NCBI GenBank assembly: GCA_051294375.1
Contig: CM119271.1
Coordinates: forward strand, 1,995,401 to 2,059,400
DNA length: 64,000 bases
Direction of reading: 5' to 3'
From: Paraspadella gotoi
Taxonomy: Eukaryota; Animalia; Chaetognatha
The translations under genes and the position numbers were made by a program. Below are positions 52,227 to 64,000 of this stretch, piece by piece (positions within the stretch are counted from its first letter, which is position 1; every line of letters starts with the position of its first letter). The notes under the pieces were generated by a model that made no database searches, was not told the DNA's origin, and saw only the letters and a list, made by a program, of their open reading frames with translations.

Positions 52227-55200
52227 TGTAGAGAAGTTCCGTCTCTCTATGCCGCTCCAAGCAATNNNNNNNNNNNNNNNNNNNNNNNNNAATTAACCGA
52301 TTTAATTTTCTTCCCATTATCCATTTAGCTGTTTACAATTTGAACCTTTGTCTTTTTCTCTCAACGGCTTCCATAACCACATCCGACACCCCTGCCCGTC
52401 TCTCAGCTGGAAAAATACATCCAAGTGTAGTAATTGATCTAATCGTCATCGATCGTTCCACTGTTGAAATCAGAAACGATCGTTGCGAACTCAGCTCAGA
52501 TCCAGTACCCGTAGATTAACTCGAAAAGTGCACCAGACCCCCGACAAAAAACTAACCTCCTATCCAGCACACACCCAACCTTCCGCATAAATTTACATAT
52601 AAAACATACATTACCCCAGGTATTGAACGTCTTAGAAGAAGAAAGTTTTTTTTTTTTCAAAAAGAATGAAAGATGTAATTAAAATATTTTAAATAGAAAG
52701 GATTATAAGATAGATTAGATCATTAGGTATGAAGAACTATGAAGGAGGAAAAAATTAAAAATTTAGATAAAATTTATTTTTATATTTTGAAACTTTTTTC
52801 CTTTGATTTCACTTTATTAAGAGAAAGGAAATGTAAATATCTTAGAAAATTGAAAAAAGTTAATGAAACGAAACTAAATTCAATCAGAAATCATAGAAAG
52901 GAAACATAAAAGAAACTCAGAATGATTTTTTCAAAAAGAAAAAGTGAAACCAGGAACGAAAAGTCATGTTTCGAAAATACCCTCACCTTTTTTTAAAATA
53001 TAAAATCATTTTTTAAAATCTAAAGCATAGAAACAATATCAAATGTTATACAATAAACATTCATAAGTACTTCAACTATCTATCAAGGGCATTTAATAAA
53101 ATGGATGCTGGAATTAAAAAATATACTTAAATAGATTATTAAAACGTAAGGTGAGGATATGGGATAAATAGAATTGGGACAGGAAAACCGGATAAGCGCA
53201 GCACGCATGACCGGGAAAAGTGGGACTTTTAGGAGTTAGGCTCTACTGGTCGGTTGGCACTCGGACAAAACGGCTCTCCTCAAATCACACTCCATCATGG
53301 TAATCATGAATTAGGGTCGGGAAGAAAAGGCAATTTTTTCCTCTCTATAATGCCCTTGCAGGTTTTTTTTTTGCTTCAAACTAGAAGAAGGAGAAAAAGA
53401 AGAAGGAGAGGGAAGAGGGAGAAAAGAGAGAGGAGAGAAGGAGGAATAGCAGGGAAAAATGGCGAATGGAAAAATGGGTAAAAAACAAGGAAAGGGAAAG
53501 AACGAAAAAAATATTAAAGGGAGGGTGAAGAGAGTGAATAGAAAAAACAAGGAGAAGAGGAAAGAAAGACTGAAGAGAGAAGGAAAAAAGTGAGAAGAGA
53601 GAGATAAAAGAGAAGAAGAAGAGAAATAGGGAGAGAGAGTTAGCGAAAGAGATTAGAGAGAGAAAGAGAGAAGAGAAAAAAAAAGATTAGCAGGGAGATA
53701 GAAGAGAGAGAGAGAAGAGAGAGAGGAGAGAGAGAGCGAGAGAGAAGAGTTAATGAGAGAGAGAGACCATTCTTAATTATAAACAAATAGGCTAATCACA
53801 CTTAGAGCTAGTTCAAGAGTGGCCGTATCGTAATACCTAGGTTTCTATGCGTCCGCACAGATTAGCTGGGCAAATCAAAACAAAATGATTTTTAATGTTT
53901 GACAAGGATCACAAAATAACAAAACAACACTATGGCGAAGTTGGTAGGGTGGCCTTGCATAATATTTTTCGCCGGAGTTTAACGTTTCAGGGGAACCACA
54001 CTGTAATATCTGATTTTTTTTTAAAACCAGCTGTTGCAGGGAAACAAGGCATCTGAAAATGTTTAACTTATTTTTATTATAAAAATTTAACATAGAGAAA
54101 CCAATTTCAGATTTTTTTAAAAAAACTAACGTCAGGCTTGCTATTAAAATGAATAATTGGAATACGGAACTTCAGCATTGAGGGAAATGCATTATTATAT
54201 ATTTATCTGTAGGCATTTACAAATTATAATGTTTTATAAAACATTTATCGCAGCTATATAGTATATCTCATTTTTATGAGAAGATTTATAAATCCAAAGT
54301 TAGAAAATTATCATTCATTTTTGTATTTTGTCTATTTTAATTCATTTACATTTAACTATATTGTGGTCAAGATATACATTTATCCGGTATTGATTTTTTG
54401 TTATATTATTACCAAAAGATGAATGAGTGTCCGAAAAAATGCTTCTCTCCGCGCGTTTTGTTCTTATAAAAAATTAAATATAATATTTAAATAATTTAAG
54501 ATATATATCGCGCCGACGAGCGGACGACGAGGACGACGACGACAGAATTACAAAGTTAACGGCCACCCAAATAGCGCGCTAGGAGCCGACATTGTCGCAG
54601 CTTATCCGAACTCTTCGCAACGCTGGGCAAACTTTGACCTTTTTTGAGATTAGAAGGATGATATATAGATTAGGTTAAAATCTAATTAAGAAACTTGGAT
54701 AAAACAATATTTCTTCACCTGGTATTGAGAAGAACGAACGGTGAGAAAGTAGCAAAGTACATGGCGAGCACAACGGAAAATGATAGAAGGAGAAGAAGAA
54801 GTGAACCGTAGATCTGTGGACACTATATACAATTATCAATTGTACTTTTATTTAAGCATGTTATTAAGAAAGCAGTGTAAAAAAGAACATAAGCGGGGTG
54901 TCTTTATAAAATATTCAGTATTTTAATAACTTTAAATAAGTATAATAAAAAAAACAAAATTTCTATACGCAACGACAAAATTGATGATTAAAATAATTTT
55001 TAATAATCATGAACAGAGTAACACTCGAAGTTTGGAATTAGAGACCGTTCCTTTCCGAGTCGGTAATGAATTTTTTTTTCATTCTCAATGGAAAAACGGT
55101 AAATGTTTGCATTGCTTAGGTTAATATCAATTTTAATTTTTATTCACAGTTCTTTTATGCCATACTTGAAAAATTGATAAATAAAAATTGTTGTGTTACG

Positions 55201-57699
55201 AACGATGCAGGGGGAGAGAAAGAAAACAAGATGGAAAACAGAATAGAAGAAATGTGCAAAATAAAATATTTATGCAACACAAATTTAATATTTATGAGAG
55301 AAGTTAAACGATTCGAAAGAAGCCACAGTGTCTGTTGAATCTTCTTATCGTAAATAAATCTTAAATTCAAAGTTGTTTTTATTTAAATATGAATTTATAA
55401 AATAATAATCAGTTTTAAGTTTGAAACAAAAAAGTATCAATATTTATATTTACTTCCAGTCAGTAATCGTAGGCTATTAATGATTTAATTTACTCATAAA
55501 CAAGAAAACAAATACACTTTTGAGATTCACTGAAAGTGAGACGTTAGATTGATGGCGGGGGCACGTTCGACAGAGGAGGCGGAATGAATCTACACGCGAC
55601 GAAAATGTTGGCGTTTGTCGACGATGAGCCCAGGAATCGTGATTCGGACAACCTAAATCCCGGAAACTGAATCTATAAATCCTGATTGGATAGGAGCCAG
55701 AGAAGGATTTAACAAGCATATAGTTGAAGGTTAAGGTCTCATTGGAAAAATGTAATATTAAATTTTGTTAACGATAATAGTACTAATGTCAAAAGAAATA
55801 TAAGAACCCGGCTTTGTAGGATTAGACTTGAGAAGAGAAATAGGAAAGGGAAGGTTAATTCACAAAATTTTATCAAGCCCTGAGTTAAGGTCGCATCAAC
55901 TAGTGTAAATTTAGAAAAAAAAAAAAAACAACTTATAAATTTAATCTTATTATATAGGACCAATTTTGGCTTTTTAGTCCTAATTCAAATAGGCATTATA
56001 TTATTAATATTGAATTAATAATTTTACATATTGGATTCGGCTCTAAGGAAAATTATTATTATCTATTAATTATTATTATTATTAAATAAATTCCTAAAAA
56101 ATCTTTTTTTCCTAATATTTCGCACACAATCCCAATTACACCTCACCAAAAAAGACGATCTTGGTTAAGGCCTTCTGGCTTCCGGTTCCGAACGTCTAGG
56201 GGATACTTGATGACCAAAGGAAATCGATCAAACGGAGATCATGACCAAAATGTGGCACTGATGCTGGAATGGTAAAGTAGGAGAAAAACGTCCATGGTCC
56301 GGAGAAATTGCAGAGCGCCGTCGCCAGAACGCCGTGACCATGAATTCGGATGGTGAGACAGCTTGGTAATTAATTTGTATTACTATAAATAATAAATATA
56401 TAAAAAATATAGATAGTTGGAACAGGCTTTGTTTCTTTGGGAAGTGATATTTTTATAAAGCTTGAAGAAGTAAAAATAAAAAAGAAGGACCAAAACGTTA
56501 ATGAAACATTAATAAATTAAAAAACTAAAATATCGTGTCACCGGATAAAATGATAAATTTTCAACCAGTATAATAAACTAAGTTTAAATGGTATCAGATT
56601 ACAGCTAGGCAGGAAAAATAAATTCAAAAGTTTTGAATTTCTTCGCGCAAAATATAATTATTTTTGAAACAATAACAAATAAATAAATATATATTCTCCT
56701 CCATACTTATTATGGGACATCGATTTTTTTGTTGTTCAAAACGCTTGCAAAGTTTTTTGAAAATAATAATTCTTAAATCAAACAAATTAATTTTTTATAT
56801 AAAAAAATGAAATATATATGCAAAGGGAATTTTAATGACAGAGAATGCAGTTTTCTCTTCGTCGAAGTATAAAAGTTAAGATATAATACGGGTTTGTCTC
56901 AAATATCTCAGCAGAGCATAAAGACGATTTCGTGAACATCGTGAGACGGCACTCAAAACGACGACGAACCAAAAAGTCAGCGAGGAAGGCGAGAGAGATG
57001 AAGAAATAGTCTGGTACGTTTGCAATTGATGGTTCCATGGAGACAGGCGATGAATAGACGAGGCACGTTGTCTAGAAAATTCCTGACAGAAAAATTAAAA
57101 GAATATGAAATATTTTTGGTTGAGTTAAATGAAGTTTGTAAAATTTTTTTAGGCGCGTTGACTGGTTGAAAAAGCACTGTTTTTTATTTATGGAGAAAAG
57201 AAAACATGTCAGCGTCAGAATTTAATTGATAAAATGGTATATATAACTCAAACAAATATTTTGAGAAAATTTTTTATAGGGATCATTAATAAAGAAAAAA
57301 AATAAAAATATAGAACTAGAAGGGCAAAACCATCTCACATTATTGTTAAATTATTATTTAATTAATCTATAATTAAATTATTTAATTAATTATTTAATAT
57401 TAATGTTGGTTGACATCAACATAACAAACTTAATGAAAAAATTTGGTCCTAAAATTTGGCATTGGAAGCAAGAAGATGAAATAGGCATAAGATGGAATTG
57501 CCTGTGATACCGGCGACGTGGGGTATCTCGCAAACTGGGCGAGAGTGGATGGTCCGGCATTTAGTCAGGAGTGGGACAGTCAGATCAAAGAAGCCCGTGA
57601 AAAGCCCGAATGAAACGAGGAGAAGAAGAGTGTAGAGAGTGGGGACGATATTTTCGAAAAATTAATGAGCGTTCAGCATCGTCATCCCAATTAACACGA

Positions 57700-58167
57700 C
57701 ATCACAGACAAAGTTCCTCATATCTCGCCCTCATACGCACCGACAACGTGGGAAGGAGAAAAAAGCAAAGGGAACCAAAACTCGCGTCTGCATGACAGCC
57801 CGACGCCGCTCAGGAATGGGTTGATGAAATGTTGACGCCGCGGAGCGGAGAACGTTGGCGCCGGAATAGCAAGGATAAAGTACGGCGTCAGCCGGCGCCG
57901 CACGAGGGTCAGTTGATCGCGTATCATCTTTAAAGGATGAATGGCAGCGCGTTTATCCATCGAGTCTCTAGTAAACCATTCCAGGGTAAGTTCCGTGAAA
58001 TTCGTGAGAGTGAGAGCGAAGTGAGGGTCGGGGGCATGCGAGTCCATGACGGGCGGGCCGAGGCGGCGTGGGTTGTTGAAGAGTGAATTAGAGTACAAGA
58101 GGGCTGATGGATTGAGAGAAATGGAAGGGTGTTAAAGAAAAGGGGTAGAGAGGAGAGGGAGAAGAGA

Positions 58168-58222
<55 letters not shown>

Positions 58223-58965
58223 GAGAGAGAGGAGAGAGAAGAGATCTGATCCATATTTAATTTTCGAATGTAAACACCGTTAATCTATTGAATGATCGTA
58301 AAAAAATTAAATTTAAAATTTTAATTCAATGGGGGGTCGAATCGATTATTACAGTATCGATTGGGAGTAAGATTTTAATTATACGACGATGCGAGTTTAA
58401 TTGTCGAAAAAAAATTGTGGCGATTTATAAACGGGAAAAAAAGTCAAATAAATTAACGTGCGAACGAGAAGAAAAACAGAAATTGAAGAAAAAATATTAA
58501 AAACAAAAATCAGGAAGAAATATTATCATAAATCGAGCAAATAAAACTAAACAAGGAGATCAAAACATTGGAAAAAAAAGCAATAACAATGCGGCATGCT
58601 CATGCGAGTAATTTATTTCAAGCGATCTAAATCCAGTAAATCGAATACGATGAGTCGACGCGCTCATATTACTGTCGACGACGAACGAACGACGAAGAAC
58701 GCGAAACTAAAATGAAGAAAGCAAAAGGTACCGCGTCGCGCCGAGTTTCTAAAGGGGGCGAGAATGCGATATTCAGATGCCGAATGCGCGCGACATCCAA
58801 ATTGAAATAAAGATTAAAGAAAAAAAGGAGAAAAATTTGAAGGGAAAAAGTGGGAATCCAAAGGCAATAATCAATGTTTTAATATAATTGAGTTAATATC
58901 AAATGAGTATGTTTCTTAATCCTTTGACGAATAATGTGTAATTCAGGAGCAGGCGAAGAGTTGGT
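57700..58965 (-). repeat. Noisy inverted copy of ~62826-64000, including a degraded GPCR-like exon
   Basis: For example CCGACAACGTGGGAAGGAGAAAAA (~57740) versus TTTTTCTCCTTCCCACGTTGTCGG (~63934). Confidence 0.85.
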
Positions 58966-59257
58966 AGTGGTGGGTTCATTACGCCTAGCGAGGGGCCTGA
59001 GAAAGAGAGAAAAATGATTAGGTAAAAGAAAAGAAAAAAAAAAAGGAAAAGAAGGAAAGAAGAAAAAGAAGAGAGCAGAAATGTTTGAGGGGCAGCGTGG
59101 AGGCAATTTCAAATAGTGCAGAAATAGTTCGGATAATCGAAAACTAAAATATGGACGAAGGGGCAAGGAGGCGGGTCGTCAGGTGGGCGCGAGAGTGGGA
59201 GGGGGGACGGCCATTATCTCGCTCGCGCCCTGAGTGTAATTACGAAATATTCTTAGG

Positions 59258-60825
59258 CCTATGGTGGTGAGGATATTTATTAATACCTTTTTTCACGTTA
59301 GAGTTGTAGACTGTATATTATATAAGCGACACATTTAACGGCCGTACAATCTATACCGCACATTTTATAATAAAAAAAAAAAAAATTTAATTTTTTTTGT
59401 TTTTTACTTATTTCTATATCGTAGATTCATGGCCATACATCTTTCTCTTCAAATTCTGAAAACAATAAACACATGAAGCATTAAAGAAAAAATATTTTTC
59501 CATATAATACTTGTTTTTTCATAAAACAATATATTTTATCTAAATATCTCTTGCATCAACAGAAGACAGGCCGACCGAAAAGACGCTTTAAGAAAAAAGA
59601 AGTTAATGTTAAATTGGTAAATAAGGATTTTGTGAGTCGCCCGTATTATTTTACGTAGTGGAAGCATTACAAAGTGAGTGGTTATTTTACGGGCGGTTGA
59701 AGGATGTTTTTGAATGAATGCAAAGTTAATTAATTTTTCTTTCTGGTATGTATGCATTAACTAGAACATCTAATTACTCTTTTTACTGACAATTGGAGAA
59801 GAAGGCAATGAGTCCTTTAATGTATTTTAACTTCTTTGAGCTTTTCAGGCTCTTGAAAATCTAATGTTCTGTTTTTTCGAGTCTCGGCGACATTCCTAAA
59901 AGTTTAAATATATTATTTAAAAAAAAATTAAGATTTTTTAAAAAACGACGAGTGAAAGCGTAACTTTATTATTATCTTTTTAGCGAAATTCCGGAGGAAT
60001 GATTGTTTAAAAACATTAATAAATAAAATCAGCTTTGAAACTAGCATCAGATTTGATATTAAAACTGGACAAGATGATGGAATAAAAATTGTAGAAACTA
60101 TATTCCATGCGTTTGTGGACGTAGTTCTGTTTTGTGGAAAGAAGAATTTGAACATGGTAGAGAGAGCAGAGAGAGTTGAAAGATGAGAGAGAGAAGAGAT
60201 GGATTCCAATAATACATTTTTATAGTAGAACAAGTGGCACAGATAGTTTGTGGACCGAGAGAGACTGAGATATCTTTCTCTAGCTCTCTCCTCTTCTCCC
60301 CCGGTCAACCTCAGTCAGACTTTGGATCATGAATTAGTTTGATAGATTCCGCTTGCTTGGACTAATTTCCTCTGGTATTTTAACCATTTTCCTACGGCAT
60401 TTTACACTGGCTTTATAAATTATTACTGGATTATGACGGATTATTGATGCATTTCTTTAGAATTAACTTCGATTTACTCTATGATTTCTCTTACATTGTC
60501 TTCGAGATTATACTCATGATATAGAGTCAGTGGATGCCTTGTCGGTTGCGGTATTAGCCGAGCCTTTCCTGGACCAACTGATATTAATAATGACTATGAA
60601 AAAACAAAAGTATTATTATGGAAAAATATTTTTTTTTAATGTTCATGTTTTATTGTTTTCAGAATTTGAAAGAGAAAGATGTATGGATGAATACGAGAAA
60701 AAGAAAACAAAAAAAAAATTAAAATTTTTTTTTTTTTAAAATAAATAGTTATAGAGGTACGGCTTAAATGGTCCCTAACAGTCTACAACTCTAACGTGAG
60801 TTAATAAAATATCCCACACCATAGG
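59258..60825. mobile_element. ~1.57-kb segment bounded by ~90-bp imperfect inverted repeats (non-autonomous DNA transposon or fold-back)
   Basis: Perfect 22-bp core TCACGTTAGAGTTGTAGACTGT (59293-59314) versus its reverse complement at 60778-60799. Outer ends CCTATGGTG and CACCATAGG. Confidence 0.55.
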
Positions 60826-61034
60826 TAAAATAGNNNNNNNNNNNNNNNNNNNNNNNNNTTTTAAATATTTGGATTTACGCCAACTGATTTACTTCAATTT
60901 GGAGTAGACGTTTCGCTCCTTACTACATGTCCAAGGATATTTCAACCAAAATTTTTGAAAAAACGCTTTTTTCTAATTAAGAATACATTGTAGTAATTGG
61001 ATTACAGATTTGAACTTCTTTTTATTATTACGTG

Positions 61035-61620
61035 GTTGTTGGCGCTGGTGGCGTAAAATAACGGCCGAAACGTAATTTTCTAATTACATATGTGGCGTTA
61101 ATGATTTTTCCAAAAAAAATTTTAAAATATATCAAATTAAATAATTGTGAAATGTTTTATATTTAAATTGGAAAAAGAATTGTGGCGTAAAATGGCGTGA
61201 ATGAAGGTAAAACCGTTTATATGATATTCATTGAATGTTGGCGTAAAGAACTTTTCTGATATTTTCTGTAAGAGCTATTAGGATAAGTGGTTTTAAAGAT
61301 TTATACGGCCTTTTTTATACAGATGTGGCGTAGAAGGCGTAAACTGGAACAAAAATACCGATATAAATATTATTAATTCTGTGGGCGTAAAAACTTTTTA
61401 GTTTATTTTCTAGTAAACAACGTACTCGTTGAGTTGTTTTTTAAAAATTTTTCCCGGCCTTTTTTATACAGGGTTGGCGAAAAATGAACAGAAAACCATA
61501 TTAATAGCAATTTAAATTTTGGTGGCGTAAAAACTTTTTTTCATTCTCGAAATAAAACTGAAAGTTAAGATGCATTTGGCGTAGAATGGCGTAAATTGAC
61601 GTAAAATACTGGCGCCACTG
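61035..61620. repeat. Array of TGGCGTAAA motifs in ~150-bp degenerate units, ending CTGGCGCCACTG (DNA-transposon subterminal-like)
   Basis: More than 10 GGCGTA-type motifs in one orientation. The terminus reads CAGTGGCG on the minus strand. Confidence 0.6.
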
Positions 61621-63050
61621 TTATCCCCTCATCTCTTTCCCTTTCCTCCCTTTTCTTTTCTCTTTTATTTTTATACAATCTCACGATTGCTAAAGAGATT
61701 ATATTCGGTTTTAATTCTTTGAACTCAAAGAAAATGAATACGCAGAAAATGAATCTCAGAATCATAGATAGAAAAGAAACATAAAGATACACCAGCGTAA
61801 AAAGCCAGGGAGCCAATTTTATTAAAGTATCAGAAAGTTGTGGATCAACAATGGTTTCTTTAGGTATAAATAAAGACTATATATGAAATATAGTTCGCCT
61901 AGCCCCTCCAAATTATAGATAGAATTCTAGATATCGCTAAAGTAATATTAAATAGCAAAGGTAGGAATTGTTGTAAGAGCAGAAAAAGAGCACACAATAA
62001 ATCTTAAGATCGATAATCTATATATTAATAGATTAAGTTTTCATACGAGATAATGGAGATGGATTTCGAGTAGGCCATTAATATAAAAGGCAGTATAGAA
62101 AGATGATATAGTATAAACAGTGACATATCGGCCAGAACTAGGCCTGTAGGCGCATTTTTGCGCATCGATTTTTGCGCATCAAGAATGATCAAATTTGGTT
62201 TGAGAGAAAATTCATTTGCCATCTCCTGTAACGCAGAAGGTTTTGCGAAGGAAAGCTAGTTTCTCTTGCGCGTAACAATAAAAAAGGAAATATTGCTTTT
62301 TTGTACTATTCCAGCCAAATTATTTTTCTTAATTTGAAAAGATTCTTTTTTCGGTTTTTTAGTTAAAACTTAAACCTTACGTATCTAGAATTTAAAAAAT
62401 AAAATGTTTTCCTTTTTAGTATTTCCATACAGTACTATTATTTTCAAAAAGGCCCCTTGTTTTTTGGAACAAATTGCCCTATTATTTTTCGGCCGATAGA
62501 AAAATAAAAAATTTCAGTCGAATACTGACTAATCCTACCATAGAAATTAGAAATTTTTTGGTTCCCATTGAAAGTATCCTTTAAAAAAAATTGTCTAAAT
62601 ATCGTTTGAGCATGTAACTGCACTGTGCAAAATTTTTTGAACGTCACCCGCATTGAGTGCGGCTACCCCATAGCAACTGGGGCAAAAATTCTCAAAGCAG
62701 AAACTTCGGTACTCGAAAAACTCAAAACTGAAAATTATGGAGAGCAGGGGGGGCGCGGTCAGGGGGCCAGCGGGGGGGGGGGGGGGGCCGCCATTTCTCT
62801 CGCTCGCCCCTGAGTGTAAATTACCTACTCTCTCGCCGCTCCTGATTACACTATTCGTCAAAGGAATAAGAAACGATACTCAATGAATTAACTCATTGAA
62901 TTAACAACATGATTTTTGCCCCAACTTTTCCCTCAAATTTTTCTCTCCTTTTTTTCTTTAATCTTTATTTCAATTTGACGGCGCGCATTCGGCACTGAAT
63001 AGCGCCGCTTAGAAACTCGGCGCGACGCGGCTGCTCTCGTCATTTAGTTT

Positions 63051-63082
<32 letters not shown>

Positions 63083-63746
63083 GAGCGCGTCGATTCGCGT
63101 CGGATTTCGCGAAATCAGAAAACAAACGATGACGATGCCGCATTTTTTGTTTGCTTTTTTTTTCAATGTTTTGATCTCCCTTGTTTTGTTTTTATTTTGC
63201 TCGTATTTCATGATAATAATTTCCCGATTTCTGATTTTTATTTTTCTCAATTTTGTTTTTCTCTCGTTCGACGATCATTGACTTTTTTTCCCGTTATAAA
63301 TCGCCACAATTTTTTTCGCCAATTAACTCGATCGGATAATTAATAATTTACTCAATCCGAACTGGAATAAAATCGACTCGACCTTGGAATTAAAATTTTA
63401 AATTTAATTTTTTTTACGACGTCAATAGNNNNNNNNNNNNNNNNNNNNNNNNNNNNNNNNNNNNNNNNNNNNNNNNNNNNNNNNNNNNNNNNNNNNNNNN
63501 NNNNNNNNNNNNNNNNNNNNNNNNNNNNNNNNNNNNNNNNNNNNNNNNNNNNNNNNNNNNNNNNNNNNNNNNNNNNNNNNNNNNNNNNNNNNNNTCCATT
63601 TCTCTCAATCCATCAGCCCTCTCTGTCTCTATCACTCTCTCAACCACCCACGCCGCCTCGGCCCGCGATGGACGCATCCCCCGACCCTCACTTCGCCTCA
63701 CCTCACGGATTCACGGAACTTACCCTGGAATGCGACGAGAGACTCG

Positions 63747-63957
63747 ATGGATGAAACCGCGCCGCCATTCATCCTCGGCGCGATCAACGTGACCCTCGGC
63801 GGCGCCGGCGACGCCGACTTTATCCTCTATTCCGGCGCCAACGTCTCTCTCGGCGTCGGCGGCGTCAACGATTCCATCAACGCCACTTTCGAGGCGGCGT
63901 CGGGCGTCAGGACGCGAGTTTGGTTCCCTCTGCTTTTTCTCCTTCCCACGTTGTCGG
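63747..63957 (+). CDS. First coding exon of a probable GPCR or other membrane glycoprotein (continues beyond the window)
   Basis: No signal peptide. Four sequons (NVT, NVS, NDS, NAT), then hydrophobic VWFPLLFLLPTLS, then a consensus donor G|GTGAGT at 63958. Confidence 0.6.
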
Positions 63958-64000
63958 GTGAGTGAAGGAGAATGAGTGAACTTGCGTGATGTCGAGAATT

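Overview
AT-rich eukaryotic, very probably invertebrate animal, scaffold. It has spliceosomal GT-AG introns, (CT/AG)n and (GAC)n microsatellites, a BEL/Pao-type gag, many N gaps and stretches of noisy long-read-like sequence. Main content: (1) a two-exon, His-motif, lipoxygenase-like gene of about 453 aa at 2437-3947, possibly nested antisense in a multi-exon minus-strand gene. (2) A ~9.5-10 kb unit present three times: A 10735-~20430, B 22455-~31850 and inverted C ~31853-42260. It carries an NLR-like STAND gene with an N-terminal HEPN (RxxxxH) RNase-like domain fused to NACHT and no visible LRR/TPR sensor. The gene is intact only in copy C (34855-37790). A and B are frameshifted and, with several fold-back junctions, may be amplification or assembly artefacts. 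(3) A phase-consistent 7-exon gene for an acidic ~639-aa protein (41570-46457), whose last intron holds a ~400-nt densely base-paired, unidentified element. (4) A tRNA-like SINE head, LTR-like direct repeats, a BEL/Pao gag remnant, DNA-transposon-like repeats and a probable GPCR first exon at the right edge. All calls come from manual reading; no searches were run.
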